A DNA stretch of 64,000 bases from Eledone cirrhosa (Eukaryota), in the NCBI GenBank assembly GCA_964016885.1, contig OZ024744.1, forward strand, positions 62,496,001-62,560,000, given 5' to 3'. Under the pieces are notes generated by a model, which worked only from the letters and a program-made list of their open reading frames with translations, was not told where the DNA came from and did no database searches. The stretch's first letter is position 1. Every line of letters starts with the position of its first letter. The position numbers and the translations under genes were made by a program. This document shows, piece by piece, positions 13,319-27,325 of this stretch.

Positions 13319-15290
13319 TTATTAAATATACAAATATTAGAAAAATGGAGGAAGTTGTATATGGAGATATTATATAATGAGAAATGTTAATATTAGACTA
13401 TTTGTGAAGCAGTAAAAATATCTAATCCACTGGCTTTTCAAACATTTTCACTATTTCAAAAGACATCAAACACTAGGTTACAATTCTCTAAACTGAGATG
13501 TTTAGACTCTTAACATCCTGTACCACATGAAACTACATTAACAAGACATTTTTTTTAGTACAAAGCAGCACTATGACTGCATCACATTAAAAGTTTTTAT
13601 TCTAATACTGCAAATTTTTACAAATATCTGTACACCAGTAAAGATACTTTAAACATTTGAATTAACAAACACATTTTAAAATATTTTCTGCTGAATTATT
13701 ACAGGATTTTATGAGTTAAATTAACAAGATGAATTTCAGTATAATAGTTTCTACTAGGATAATTATTCAATTTTAAACATTTTCAATGAGATTTTGAAAT
13801 ATTTTCTACAATTGCAAAACTAATTTCCACAATTCATAATTTAAAAAAATTTTGAAGTGGATAAAAACAAAATCAGTTATTTAACATTGGTTCACTTACA
13901 AAGCATTGAGGAAATTTAAAAATATGTTTGCTTTTTGAAAAGCCACCACAATGATGCAGATGAACAGTAAATAACTTAAGTAAAATATTCCTGGAGTTGG
14001 AAAAAGTGGACATAAATGCCTGTGAGAATCAAACCATGCACTTGTCGTATATTGGATGAGTGCATTTAACCAGTTGCATGGTTCAAATCCCACAGGCAAC
14101 TCTGGCCCCTGATTTTTTGGGATTTTTTTTATTTTTACCAAGTGTATTTATTATTTATAAATTTCTGTTATTAATTGTTATTTGAAGGACTAAAAAGAAA
14201 AACTATTTTAAATAAAGATTTTATAGACCATATATTCTGGCATTAGGAAGGGCATCCAGCCATAAGAAATCTAGCCAGAAACAGTCCTATATGAGCAAGA
14301 CATGGTCACCTGACACAATTTGACCCATGCTAGCGTGGAAAATAGATATTTGATGATGATGATGTTAACAAGTTCAAATGAACTTACCACACACATCTTC
14401 CTGTGGTATACTTAATCCATTGCCTGGTTTAATATCACCACATGACCCATCCATACCCACTTTTTGTAAAGAGACTCCACTGTTGCAAGCATTTAAGCAG
14501 AGGACTCTAGCCTCAGAGGTGCCATGCCATGTGAAGGAGAAGCACCTCCTCATACACACACACACATGACTTTTACAAGTTTTTCTATCACTGAATATTC
14601 AACCTTTCAGATTAAGAGAAATCTTCAGCTGTATCAAAGACATGACAATATCCCCAGTGCTGGTGCCATGATAAAATGCACTTGATAGAGTGTGAGAGCA
14701 TCATTCAAGGAACAAACAGGCCCTAAGTCCATGTATGCACCCAGTAGAGTATGGGAACATAGGCAAGATGGAAACCTCTGGCCCATCTTAGAGGCTGACT
14801 GTCTGTGACGACCTATCCAACCCTTGCTAGTAGGGAAAATGAGCATTAAATAATTGTTTCTACTTTTGGCACAAGGCCACAATTACCCAGTGCATTACTG
14901 GTACTTTATTAATGAGCATTAAATAATGATGACAATATATACACACACACAGTCTTGCAGTCAGAATATAAGTGGGGAAAAGAACTTCAACCAACTGAAA
15001 CTACCCTCACAATTTAGGGCCCAAACTCCCTTTAGCTGATCCAAGTCTTTTAAAACAATTAAAAACAATGCAATAGGAGTGAACCTTTACTATAAGCCAA
15101 CTTGGTAAAAGCAATGAACATGTTATTAGATTTCTTCATATTCACTCAGCTTGTTGGTTTGATTTGAATTGTCATATATAGATATAGATAAGAAAAGGAT
15201 GCACATATTTGCAACATCAGAAATACATTAAAAAACAAGTTTGTTGAAACTGTACATACATAATAAAATGTTGTAATTTGCTTGAAGCAT

Positions 15291-15650
15291 TATATATGAT
15301 ATATAATGTGGAAAGAAATAGAAAGCTAAACAATGCAAAATGGACTAAGGTAACGAAAAAGTAAGTTACCTGGTTATCTTTGTTTGTTTGTTTATTGTTG
15401 TTGTTCTTTCTTCTGTCCTAATATTTCGGGACTTAAAAGCCCCTTCTTCAGCGAATAATGTTCTGAAGAAAAGTTAGTTATACTCTGAGGAAGGGACCTT
15501 TAAGTCACAAAATATTAGGACAGATGAACAACAACAACAAAAAACAAAAACAAAGATTACCAGGTAACTTACTATTTCATTACCTTCATCTTACAGTCCA
15601 TTCTGCCTTGTTTAGCTTAATATCTCTTTCCACACTACATATCATATATA
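15291..15650. repeat. ~360-bp foldback (Penelope-type inverted terminal repeat) with a hammerhead-like core in each arm
   Basis: Arms such as agtaagttacctgg / ccaggtaacttact and ctgtcctaatattt / aaatattaggacag; TA-rich ends. Confidence 0.85.
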
Positions 15651-16925
15651 AACAAGTGGTGATATGACATCATTTAAATTCTATTTGTTTTAGTATATTT
15701 CATTATTAAAAGCAGAGAATTGAAATATCTTTTTTTATATTAAACTTATTAAAGGTCATTTGGTGTTTGTCAGAATATGTTTCAAGGTTTTTTTATTTAC
15801 CCAAGTTTACCATTTACTATTTTTTTTACTGTTTTTCATTTCTGAGGTTTGGTTATTTTTGTACCTCTTTAATGTTTCTCTTTTGTGGTAACTTTTCTTT
15901 CTTTTCTTTTTTTTTAAGATGCTATTTTTATAAGAAATTATTATTATGGTTTGCACTTGCACAGTAAATATAAAGATTACTGGATCTACTGCCTGTCGGT
16001 TTAACAAAGACCTTAGACAGACAATACTTTTCTGAGTTTATGTGCAGTGCCCAATAGGGCAGTCTTTTGAGGTCATTTACTTAAGAAAGATACCTTTTTC
16101 GTTTTAGTGGTATCGAACCCACAGTTCCGATGACAACTTGAATAATAATTTTGTTAAGTGGTATTTGACCACTTTTGTGGAATTTTGTTCTTCATGGCCA
16201 ATAAAAGAAATCATTATTATTAATAAAGGAATCACTATTGATTAAAAAGAAGGCTGTACCAGTCAACCCTGATACATATAACATGTAAATATATTCTTCA
16301 GAAAATAAATCTTACACTCTGCTCACATGTATTGAGTACTCATTCAGTCAATATATTTAAAATACCCATGTGTATATCTCTATATATACATATACATACA
16401 TACACAAACACACACACATTATTAATTACCTTGCATAAAAAAAATAATACAATTCGGGATAATAAAATGAGTATTTTTATTCAAATTAATTGGCAAAAAA
16501 AAAAAAAAAAATACATTTTGCCAGTTTAGTTTTTGCTCTTTGTTTTTTTTTTTTTGTTCTTTTAAAATTCAAGAGATGCAATTTCAAGTTTAGACACTTC
16601 CTAATTTACAAAAAATCATTTTCTCTTTGATTTAAAAGCATTTATATTTTATTTTATGTATATTTTTTATAATTTCATAATTGTATCACGCAATATCTTT
16701 CTCTGCTATTCTCCACTGATCAACACCATAAAACTGGCCCATCTCACACACACATATTTTTTTTTAATTATAATAGTTGACCGACTTCTTTCTAATGAAT
16801 GAAAAAAAAAAAGATAATAAAAATAAAAATAACAAGTCAGCCACGAATTCAATAAAGAAACGAGACAAAACAAAACAGAAAAAAAATAAGATTTTTTTTT
16901 TGTAAAAATAAAAAAATTAAATTTC

Positions 16926-17070
16926 CTAGATTCGGAAACTCTCCCGTTTTCCATCTACATGTCTCAATCGAAGATAAACATCAGTACCAATTCCTTGTAA
17001 TGTTTCCAGTGTCAGTTGTCCACCGAGATATTCTGAGTATGCTTTTGAGCAGGGCAATCCAAATCCATAT
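16926..17070 (-). CDS. BCKDK: BCKDK terminal coding exon ((G)[47 protein letters not shown])
   Basis: Acceptor tttacAG at 17071-17073, phase 2, stop TAG at 16926. Translation matches the BCKDK C-terminus as I recall it (GFGFGLPTSRAYAEYLGG...[23 protein letters not shown]), including the G2 box. Confidence 0.96.
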
Positions 17071-17108
17071 CTGTAAAAGAATATAGAAAAGTTATATATC
17101 ACCATCAT

Positions 17109-17281
17109 TTAACCCTTTAACACTTTACATTACTCTATAGTTTTTATTGTATTTTCATGGTAAATGCATTACCTCACATAATATTGAATCTATAAGATTT
17201 TGTTATTATTTATTTTGTGAACAATACCTTAACATCAATATGAGTAGCCAGATATGGCTGGTTTAAAGGCTAAAGGGCTAA
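17109..17281. mobile_element. piggyBac-type MITE, family 1 (in the last BCKDK intron)
   Basis: TTAACCCTTTAACACTTTA ... GCTAAAGGGCTAA; internal sequence similar to 11552-11757. Confidence 0.75.
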
Positions 17282-17841
17282 TGCCTATTTTCCCTGCTAA
17301 CATCAACAGACAAAAATCAATATTCAAATGTAGTTACGGACCTCTCAGATGGGCTGGGAGCCCAGCATCTTGCTTAAATATGTTCCTGCACTTTTGTTAG
17401 ACAAATTTTCTATAGTTGGGTGCCCTTATCACCAACCACTTCTATAGTGTTGATGCTACAATACCCTCTGTAAAGTGATTGGTGTTGGGAAGGGCATCCA
17501 GCTGTAGAAATCATGCTGAAACCAGAACGTGTGTAAGCAAGATACCTCCCCCACCTAGCCTGCCTGGGAAGATAGTAGCTCATACAAAGTACCAACTTGG
17601 TATGTGACAACCTGTCCAACCCAGGCCAGCATGGAAAAGCAGATGGTAAATATTTTTTGGTTTTTTAAAAGTAAGTTGGGAAATTAATCTAAATATTGAA
17701 GATGTTTGAGTAACCATACTGATCATGGGGTCTATCCCAAAGCAGGAACGACGTGATTTCAAAGTGAACTCCTTAACCACACAGGCATGCCTACAATTAC
17801 ACAATCATGCCTGTGGTAACTAAATAAAATATTGAACTTAC

Positions 17842-18006
17842 CCATGCATGGAACCAGGAGCAGGACCGGTATAATCTGACTGAGTTATAGTACCAAATAA
17901 GCCACCATCTACTCGGTCATCTGTTACGCTGCCGCTGGTTGTAAAACTGTATTCAAATACTTTCTTGACAATGGAATGAAGGATGCCACCTCCCCTATCA
18001 GACACT
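17842..18006 (-). CDS. BCKDK: BCKDK penultimate coding exon ((R)VSDRGGGILHSIVKKVFEYSFTTSGSVTDDRVDGGLFGTITQSDYTGPAPGSMH(G))
   Basis: 165 nt; ttttcAG acceptor and GTAAGT donor; phase 2/2; contains the GHKL G1 box DRGGG and joins in frame to both neighbouring exons. Confidence 0.95.
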
Positions 18007-18744
18007 CTGAAAATTGAATGGCAACAATTAGAAATAGAATTTTTTAAAAATCAATATAGTATTACATACTTTAATTCCTTTATCTCTATAGCCATTTTTG
18101 TCTATACAGCAAAAAATGCTACACTAAAATTATGTTGGTATCAAAAAAACATCCAGCCCACACTGTAAAGTGTCACGACTAAAGCACCCAGCAAACACTG
18201 TAAATTTGGTTGGCATTAGGAAGGTCATCTAGCCATAGAAATCTAGCCAGAATCAGTCCTATATGAACAAGACACGGTCAACTGACCAAAATTGCTTCTA
18301 ATAGGACAACCGATCTAACCTATGCTAGCATAAAAAATGGACGTTAAAAGATGATGATGGTGGTGATAATGGTAAAAAATAACAGAAAAACAGTATGACC
18401 CAAATAACCTTAAGTCAGGTGTTGTTTATAAATCATAAACATTTGTAAAACTTGCAAATAGAACAACACATTACAATCAGTTAAAATCTAACTAACTATA
18501 CTAATTAGTTCATTTACAGACTAATGAACATCATGGATGAACAATAAAGTTGTCACTTCTCGCTAGAGTAACCATCCACCAAAATCACACAAACTAATAA
18601 ACCTGTTTAAATTTTTGGCAGAATAAGCAATATCATGATGACTATTACTGTTATTATTCATGCCACCCATCCTTTCATAAAACAGGTAGAAATGAAAAAA
18701 AAGTTTTTTTAATTGTGAAATAAACTAAAAACCTAGCAGTAAAT

Positions 18745-18960
18745 ATGACCATGGAATAACTGCAATTGAATATTGGCTAGACACACACACACCAATGCAA
18801 ATTACTAACATACATAAGAAAAAAAAAGATTTCAACATTGATGGACTCAAATTCGTATTGCAAAACGATTACGTTTCATTCAATGAATCTGTGTACCAAA
18901 TATCAGGAACTGCAGCAAGAATGAAAGTAGCTCCCACATACATCAATTTAGTCATAATAG
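18745..18960 (+). mobile_element. Penelope-like element RT relic
   Basis: HGITAIEYWLDTH...DGLKFVLQNDYVSFNESVYQISGTAARMKVAPTYINLV resembles the PLE RT region (NxFxFN..Y.Q..GTAMGTK.AP.YANL). Confidence 0.65.
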
Positions 18961-19206
18961 AACAACAAAATGCTATCTGAGCCTTCTATTCAAATCTAGA
19001 AAATCTTCTACAGAATCAACTGAATCCTGACCTGTTGAACCCCCACTTCCACCATCATCATTACACCTTCATACCTACTGAAACTGGCAATATTTAACAA
19101 AACTTAAATCCATTTCATGTAACAATTATAAAAATATTTATCTCGTCAGATTAAAGAAAAGTAATCTGTAAATAGACCCCTGTGCTTTCCTATATATATA
19201 TATATA

Positions 19207-21023
19207 GGAAATACTAGGTATCATACCAAAAGATTGGTGCAGTAGCATCATTGTCAACTGTTACAAAGGTAAAGGTGATGCACTCGATAGAGGAAACTAT
19301 AGAGGTATAAAGCTGATGGACCAGGTCATAAAAGAAACAGAAAGGGTTATAGCACAGTTGATTAGGGACCGGGTGAAACTAGATGAGATGCAATTTGGGT
19401 TTGTACCAGGAAGAGGCACCACTGATGCCCTCTTCCTTGTGAGGCAGTTACAGGAAAAGTACCAAGTTAAAAGTAAGCCACTCTACCTGGCATTTGTCGA
19501 TCTCGAGAAAGCCTTTGACAGAGTTCCACGTGCTGTAATCTGGTGGGCTCTTAGAAAACTAGGAGTAGATGAAATGCTTGTGAAAGCGGTACAAGCCATG
19601 TATAGGGGAGCAGTCAGCAAAGTTAGGATTAGCAATGAGTATAGCGAGGAATTTAGCGTACAGGTTGGGGTCCACCAGGGCTCTGTTCTTAGCCCTCTCC
19701 TGTTCATCATAGTCCTGCAGGCAACAACGGAGGAGTTTAAGACCGGATGGGAACCCTGTATGCTCATGACCTCGCACTTATAGCTGAATCTATGGTAGAA
19801 CTAGAGAAGAAATTCCAAACTTGGAAGCAGGGACTAGAAAGAAAGGGTCTCAAAGTCAACATGACAAAGACTAAGGTCCTTGTAAGTAGACGAGAAAACA
19901 GAACCCAGATCCCCTCAGGGAAATGGCCTTGCTCAGTATGTAGGAAAAGTGTAGGTAGGAACTCCATTCTCTGCCCCAAATGCAAACAATGGGTACACAA
20001 GAGATGTAGCGGGATCTCAGGAAGCTTATTTAAGAATGTAGGCTTCACATGCAGCAGCTGTACTGGGACAGCAAGCAGCAAACAGCCACAGGAAACAAGT
20101 ACCACCAATCTCTGGGAGGGCTCTGTAGAAACAGTAGACAGCTTCTGCTACCTAGGTGACCGAATTAGCAGCGGAGGTGGGTGTTCAGAAAGTACAATAA
20201 CTAGGGCAAGAACGGGATGGAAGAAGTTCAGAGAACTACTACCACTGCTAGCTGCAAAAGGCTTCTCCCTCAAAATGAAAGGCAGACTGTATGATGCGTG
20301 TATTCGAACGGCATTGTTACATGGTAGTGAGACCTGGGCGCTGAAGGTGGAAGACTTACGTAGATTAGAGAGAAACGAAGCCTGCATGCTCCGATGGATG
20401 TGTAATAGTAATATACGCGAACGACAAAGCATAAATGAATTGAGAGAGAGACTGAGCATAAGAGGAATCAAATGCTGTGTGCAGGAAAGGCGGATGCGTT
20501 GGTATGGACATGTGATGCGTATGAAGGATGACAGCTGCATAAAAAGGTGCAGAGCACTAGAAGTCGATGGAAACCGCGGAGTGGGGAGACACAAGATGAC
20601 CTGGGATGAGGTGATAAAAGCCGACCTTACCCAATTACACCTCTCAAAGGCGAAGACAAACGACCGTGACCTCTGGCGTCATGCAGTAATACAGAGTACC
20701 CGACCTCCCATGGGTACAAGCTGAAGCATATAGACAATATGCCCTCACAGCCTCCCACTGCAAGGTGGTCGTGGAGGTGCCACGGCAAAAAGCACCCAGC
20801 CCACACTGTAAACTGGACGTGTAGGCGCCACGAAAATGCACCCAGCACTCACTGTAAATGAGGTTGGTGTTACGAAAGGCATCCAGCTGTAGAAATCAAG
20901 CCAAATCAGTTCCTGTATAAGCAAGATAAGGTCAGCCGACCAGACTCTGCCCACAACAGGACAACTCGTCTAACCCATGCTAGCGTGGAAGAACGGACGT
21001 ATAACGGTGATGATGATGATGAT
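19207..21023 (+). mobile_element. 5'-truncated RTE LINE (family A) with RT, PHD insert, 3'UTR and (GAT)n tail
   Basis: ORFs 19316-19783 ([21 protein letters not shown]) and 19747-20724 (YAHD, PHD, RMRWYGHV) linked by one frameshift. Confidence 0.95.
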
Positions 21024-21054
21024 ATATATATACATATATACACATACATATAGA

Positions 21055-22337
21055 CATCATCATCATCATCATCATCATTTTACGTCCGCTTTTCCCTGCT
21101 TGCAAGGGTGGGACGGGTCTTATTCAGCACAGCATCTCTCCACTCGTCACGGTCCCTCGTCATCTCCACCGTGAGCTTCAATGATCTGAGGTCTGTTCTC
21201 ACCACCTCCGCCCATGTTTTTCGTGGTCTACCTCTACCACGTCTTCCTTCAACTGGCAATTCCTGGCACTTCTTCACCCATCGGTCATCCTCCATGCGCA
21301 TCACATGTCCATACCACCTCAGTCTCCTCTCTCGCACACTACATTCTATCCCTCTCAGACACAGTTTCTCTCTCAACACATTTATGCTGGGTCGTTCACG
21401 CACATTTACACTGCACATCCAACGGAGCATGCTTGCTTCATATCTCTCCAGCCGTCGCATATCCTCTGCGGTTGCTGCCCATGTCTCACTACCATGCAGC
21501 ATCACGCTCCTCACACAGCATCATACAACCGTCCTTTCGTACGCAGGGAGAAACCCTTCTTCGTCAACAGAGGAAGCAGCTCCCTAAACTTCTTCCAACC
21601 CGTCCTTATTCTAGATACTATGGCCTCAGAACACCCTCCTCCCATGCTAATCTGATCTCCTAGGTACCGGAAGCTATCCACCACTTCTATAGCGCCCTCC
21701 TGCATTTGAAAAATGTGTCTATCAATGCGACTTCTACTGTCTAATTTCCCTGTACATCTACTGCATATATATTTCTCCCTACCTGTTAGTTTGCCTGCTA
21801 TCCCGCTACATCTCTTGTGTACCCAGGATCTGCATTGTGTGCATTTTATAGAATTTATGCCAGTTCCTTTTCTGCATATCGAACATGGCCATTTCCCTGA
21901 CGGAATCAGGGTTTTGTCCTCTTTTCTACTCATCAACACTTTTGTCTTAGCTAGATTCACTCTCAGTCCTCTTGCTTCCAACTGCTGTTCCCATAGCCAG
22001 AATTTATTCTCTAGCTCCTCTACTGATTCTGCCATAAGAGCCAGATCGTCAGCATAGAGAAGTTCCCATGGACAGCCAGTCTTAATCTCCTCTGTTATGG
22101 CTTGGAGGACTATAATGAACAAGAGCGGGCTGAGGACCGAATCCTGATGTACTCCTACTTGTATCTGGAATTCCTCACTAAACTCCATTCCTACCCTGAC
22201 GTTACTGAGAGTACCTCTGTACAAAGTTTGCACTGTCCTCAACACCTAGCTTCCTTAGGGCCCACCAGATGACAGATCAGGGTACCCTATCAAAGGCCTT
22301 CTCTAGGTCAACAAAGGCTAAGTATAGTGGCTTATTC

Positions 22338-22341
<4 letters not shown>
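21055..22341 (-). mobile_element. 5'-truncated RTE LINE (family B)
   Basis: ORFs 21511-22245 (WELLYADDL, PHD) and 21080-21514; the (GAT)n tail follows the stop directly; the 5' end abuts (TA)n. Confidence 0.95.
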
Positions 22342-22391
<50 letters not shown>

Positions 22392-22514
22392 CATATATAC
22401 ATATATATAAATATATATATACATACATATATACATATATATATATACATACATATATACATATATATATATACATACATATATACATATATACATACAC
22501 ATATATATATATAT

Positions 22515-22561
<47 letters not shown>

Positions 22562-22572
22562 TATATATATAT

Positions 22573-22613
<41 letters not shown>

Positions 22614-22632
22614 TATATATATATACACACAC

Positions 22633-22669
<37 letters not shown>

Positions 22670-22734
22670 TATATATATACACACACACACACACATATAT
22701 ATATATACACACACACACACATATATATATATAT

Positions 22735-22801
<67 letters not shown>

Positions 22802-22924
22802 CACACACACATATATATATATATATATACACACACATATATATATATATATATATACACATATATATATATGTATATATATATATATACACATGTATAT
22901 ATATACACATATACACATATATAC

Positions 22925-22986
<62 letters not shown>

Positions 22987-22995
22987 ATGTGTGAA
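22342..22995. repeat. (AT)n/(AC)n compound microsatellite
   Basis: Direct inspection. Confidence 0.97.
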
Positions 22996-23119
22996 TGAAG
23001 TAATTCCATCGGAAAAGTCCAGGAAAAAAGAGTGCTCTATGTAGGTAACAGAGCTTAATAGTTATGTAATAATAATTTTTTATAAAAATCCAAATTCAAT
23101 AGACAGACCAACAGGATTT

Positions 23120-23179
23120 TTTCATTCTGAGGATTGAAAGCAAAATCTTTTGCTTTTAAGAAACCACTGGTAAATGGAA
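23120..23179 (+). ncRNA. Type I hammerhead ribozyme (Penelope-type remnant)
   Basis: Stem I TTTCATT/AATGGAA; core CTGAGGA (23127-33); 11-bp stem II TTGAAAGCAAA/TTTGCTTTTAA; GAAA (23160-63); stem III ACC/GGT; GUA cleavage triplet ending at 23172. Confidence 0.8.
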
Positions 23180-23256
23180 TAATTGCCTTATGTTGTTTAT
23201 TACATAACTATATATATATATATATATAAATGAAAGGTATAGAAAACACGCTATAT

Positions 23257-23597
23257 CATCATCATCATTTCATTTTACGTCCGCTTTTTCCCTGCTTGCA
23301 AGGGTGGGACGGGAACTGATTCTGGCTTGATTTCTACAGCTGGATGCCCTTCCTAACACCAACCTCATTTACAGTGAGTGCTGGGTGCTTTTTTGCCGTG
23401 GCACCTCCACGACCACTTTGCAGTGGAATGATAGGGACGTAAGTCCCTATCACCTCATTTCTACAGCTGAGTAAACTGGAGCAATGTGAAATAAAGTGTC
23501 TTGCTCAAGGAAACAACACATAACCCGGTCTGAGATTTGAACTCACAACCTTTCGATTGCAAGGCCATGCTCTAACCACTAAGCCATGTGCCTCCAT
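23257..23597 (-). mobile_element. Full-length tRNA-CORE SINE with RTE-derived tail and 10-bp TSD
   Basis: GGAGGCACATGGCTTAGTGG A box, GTTCAAATC B box, CORE-like ccttgagcaagacacttt...cagtttactcagctgtagaaatgag, (GAT)n tail. TSD CACGCTATAT at 23247-56 and 23598-607. Confidence 0.93.
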
Positions 23598-23601
23598 CAC
23601 G

Positions 23602-25421
<1,820 letters not shown>

Positions 25422-25608
25422 ACATGGTAAAAACGTCCCAGTCCCACACTGTAAATGTGGTTGGTGTTAGGAAGGGCATCCAACTGTAGAAAACCCGCCA
25501 GACAGTCCTATGCGAGCAAGACAACCACTCTTGCCTCAAGTGGGAAAACTCCCGTCCAAACCCATGCAAGCATGGAACACGGACGTTAAACGATGATGAT
25601 GATGATGA

Positions 25609-25612
<4 letters not shown>
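25422..25612 (+). mobile_element. RTE family C 3'UTR fragment
   Basis: ggtgttaggaagggcatcc...ccaaacccatgcaagcatggaacacggacgttaaacgatgatg. Confidence 0.88.
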
Positions 25613-25661
<49 letters not shown>

Positions 25662-25679
25662 TATACATATATATATATA

Positions 25680-26002
25680 CATCATCATTTCATTTTACGT
25701 CCGCTTTTCCCTGCTTGCAAGGATGGGACAGGAACTGATTGTGGCTTGATTTCTACAGCTGGATGGCCTTTCTAACACCAACCTCATTTACAGTGAGTGC
25801 TGGGTGCTTTTTTGCTGTGGCGCCTACACGGCCACTCTACAATGGAATGATAGGGACCCCAGTCCCTATCATCTCATTTCTACAGCTGAGTAAACTGGAG
25901 CAATGTGAAATTAAGTCTCTTTCTCAAGGAAACAACACATCGCCCGGTCTGAGAATTGAACTCACAACCTTTCGATTGCAAGGCCATGCTCTAACCACTA
26001 AG

Positions 26003-26005
<3 letters not shown>
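25680..26005 (-). mobile_element. tRNA-CORE SINE copy
   Basis: Closely similar to 23257-23597; a few 5' bases missing; flanked by (TA)n. Confidence 0.92.
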
Positions 26006-26045
<40 letters not shown>

Positions 26046-26162
26046 TACACATATATATATATATATATATACATATATACACATATATATACATATATAC
26101 ATATATACACATATATATATATATATACATATATACACATATATATATATATATACATATAT

Positions 26163-26233
<71 letters not shown>

Positions 26234-26234
26234 T

Positions 26235-26265
<31 letters not shown>

Positions 26266-26266
<1 letters not shown>

Positions 26267-26592
26267 GCTGGCTGCCAATTCGTTTTCGAGTACGGTCACT
26301 ACTTTATATCCATGTAGGAGAACTCCTACCGATGCGCGGATCGAGTGTGACTTTTTAGTCCAGCCAGCGACTTGAAAACTCTCGTACAAACACAACACTT
26401 GTGACAATTATTGACACATAGTGCTAGGCCCATGGTACCATGTGACGACAAGTGCACAGAGATCTCCAGATATAAAGCAATGCCTGTGCCGTGAAGCTTT
26501 TATAGTGAACAAAGGCACTGCACAAAGCCTGTGCCACTCTCTTAACCAAGATGATATTTACCAAAAAGAAGAACATGGTGCTACTGGTAACA
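26266..26592 (-). mobile_element. 3' fragment of a BovB-like RTE ending in a C2H2 finger
   Basis: Minus strand translates ...[26 protein letters not shown]. Terminus ccgtactcgaaaacgaattggcagcc resembles the end of the 27192-29185 element (ccatactcgataacgagggggcagcc). Confidence 0.75.
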
Positions 26593-26654
26593 TGTATATA
26601 TATACATATATACATATACATATATATATACATACATATATATATACATATATA

Positions 26655-27172
26655 AGACCTGCCTTACCTGAATACAAAGTAAAACCTACTACAGTCAGTA
26701 GGCATCTCTAACAAAACACACCCCCGTCCCACCACCCCCACCTCATCCACACTGCCCCTTTCAATGTAAAGTTATGTTGGTGCCACAACATCCAGGCCGA
26801 AACAAATGAGATCGTGTAGGTGTCACGAGAAAAAAACACACAGTCCACGCTCTAATGTGGCCGTGTAGGCAACACTGTAAAAACCTCCCAGTCCCACACT
26901 GTAAATGTGGTTGGTGTTAGGAAGGGCATCCATCTGTAGAAAACACGCCAGACAGTCCACGCTGTAATGTGGCCGTGTAGGCAACACGCTAAAAACCTCC
27001 CAGCCCCACACTGTAAATGTGGTTGGTGTTAGGAAGGGCATCCAGCTGTAGAAAACCCGCCAGACAGTCCTATGCGAGCAAGACAACCACTCTTGCCTTA
27101 AGTGGGAAAACTCCCGTCCAAACCCATGCAAGCGTGGAACATGGACGTTAAACGATGATGATGATGATGATA
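26655..27172 (+). mobile_element. RTE family C 3'UTR (with internal ~120-bp duplication)
   Basis: Matches the reverse complement of 42211-42730. Confidence 0.88.
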
Positions 27173-27191
27173 TACATACATACATATATAT

Positions 27192-27279
27192 ATGATGATG
27201 GCTGCCCCCTCGTTATCGAGTATGGCCATTACACGAGAAGAAAAAAAAAATAATAATAACAATAATAATAAATAAATAA

Positions 27280-27325
<46 letters not shown>

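Noticed and set aside
23530-23595. tRNA-like sequences with a CTTGCAA loop
   Set aside because: No acceptor stem or Pol III terminator, and they continue into CORE and LINE tails, so they are SINE heads rather than tRNA genes.
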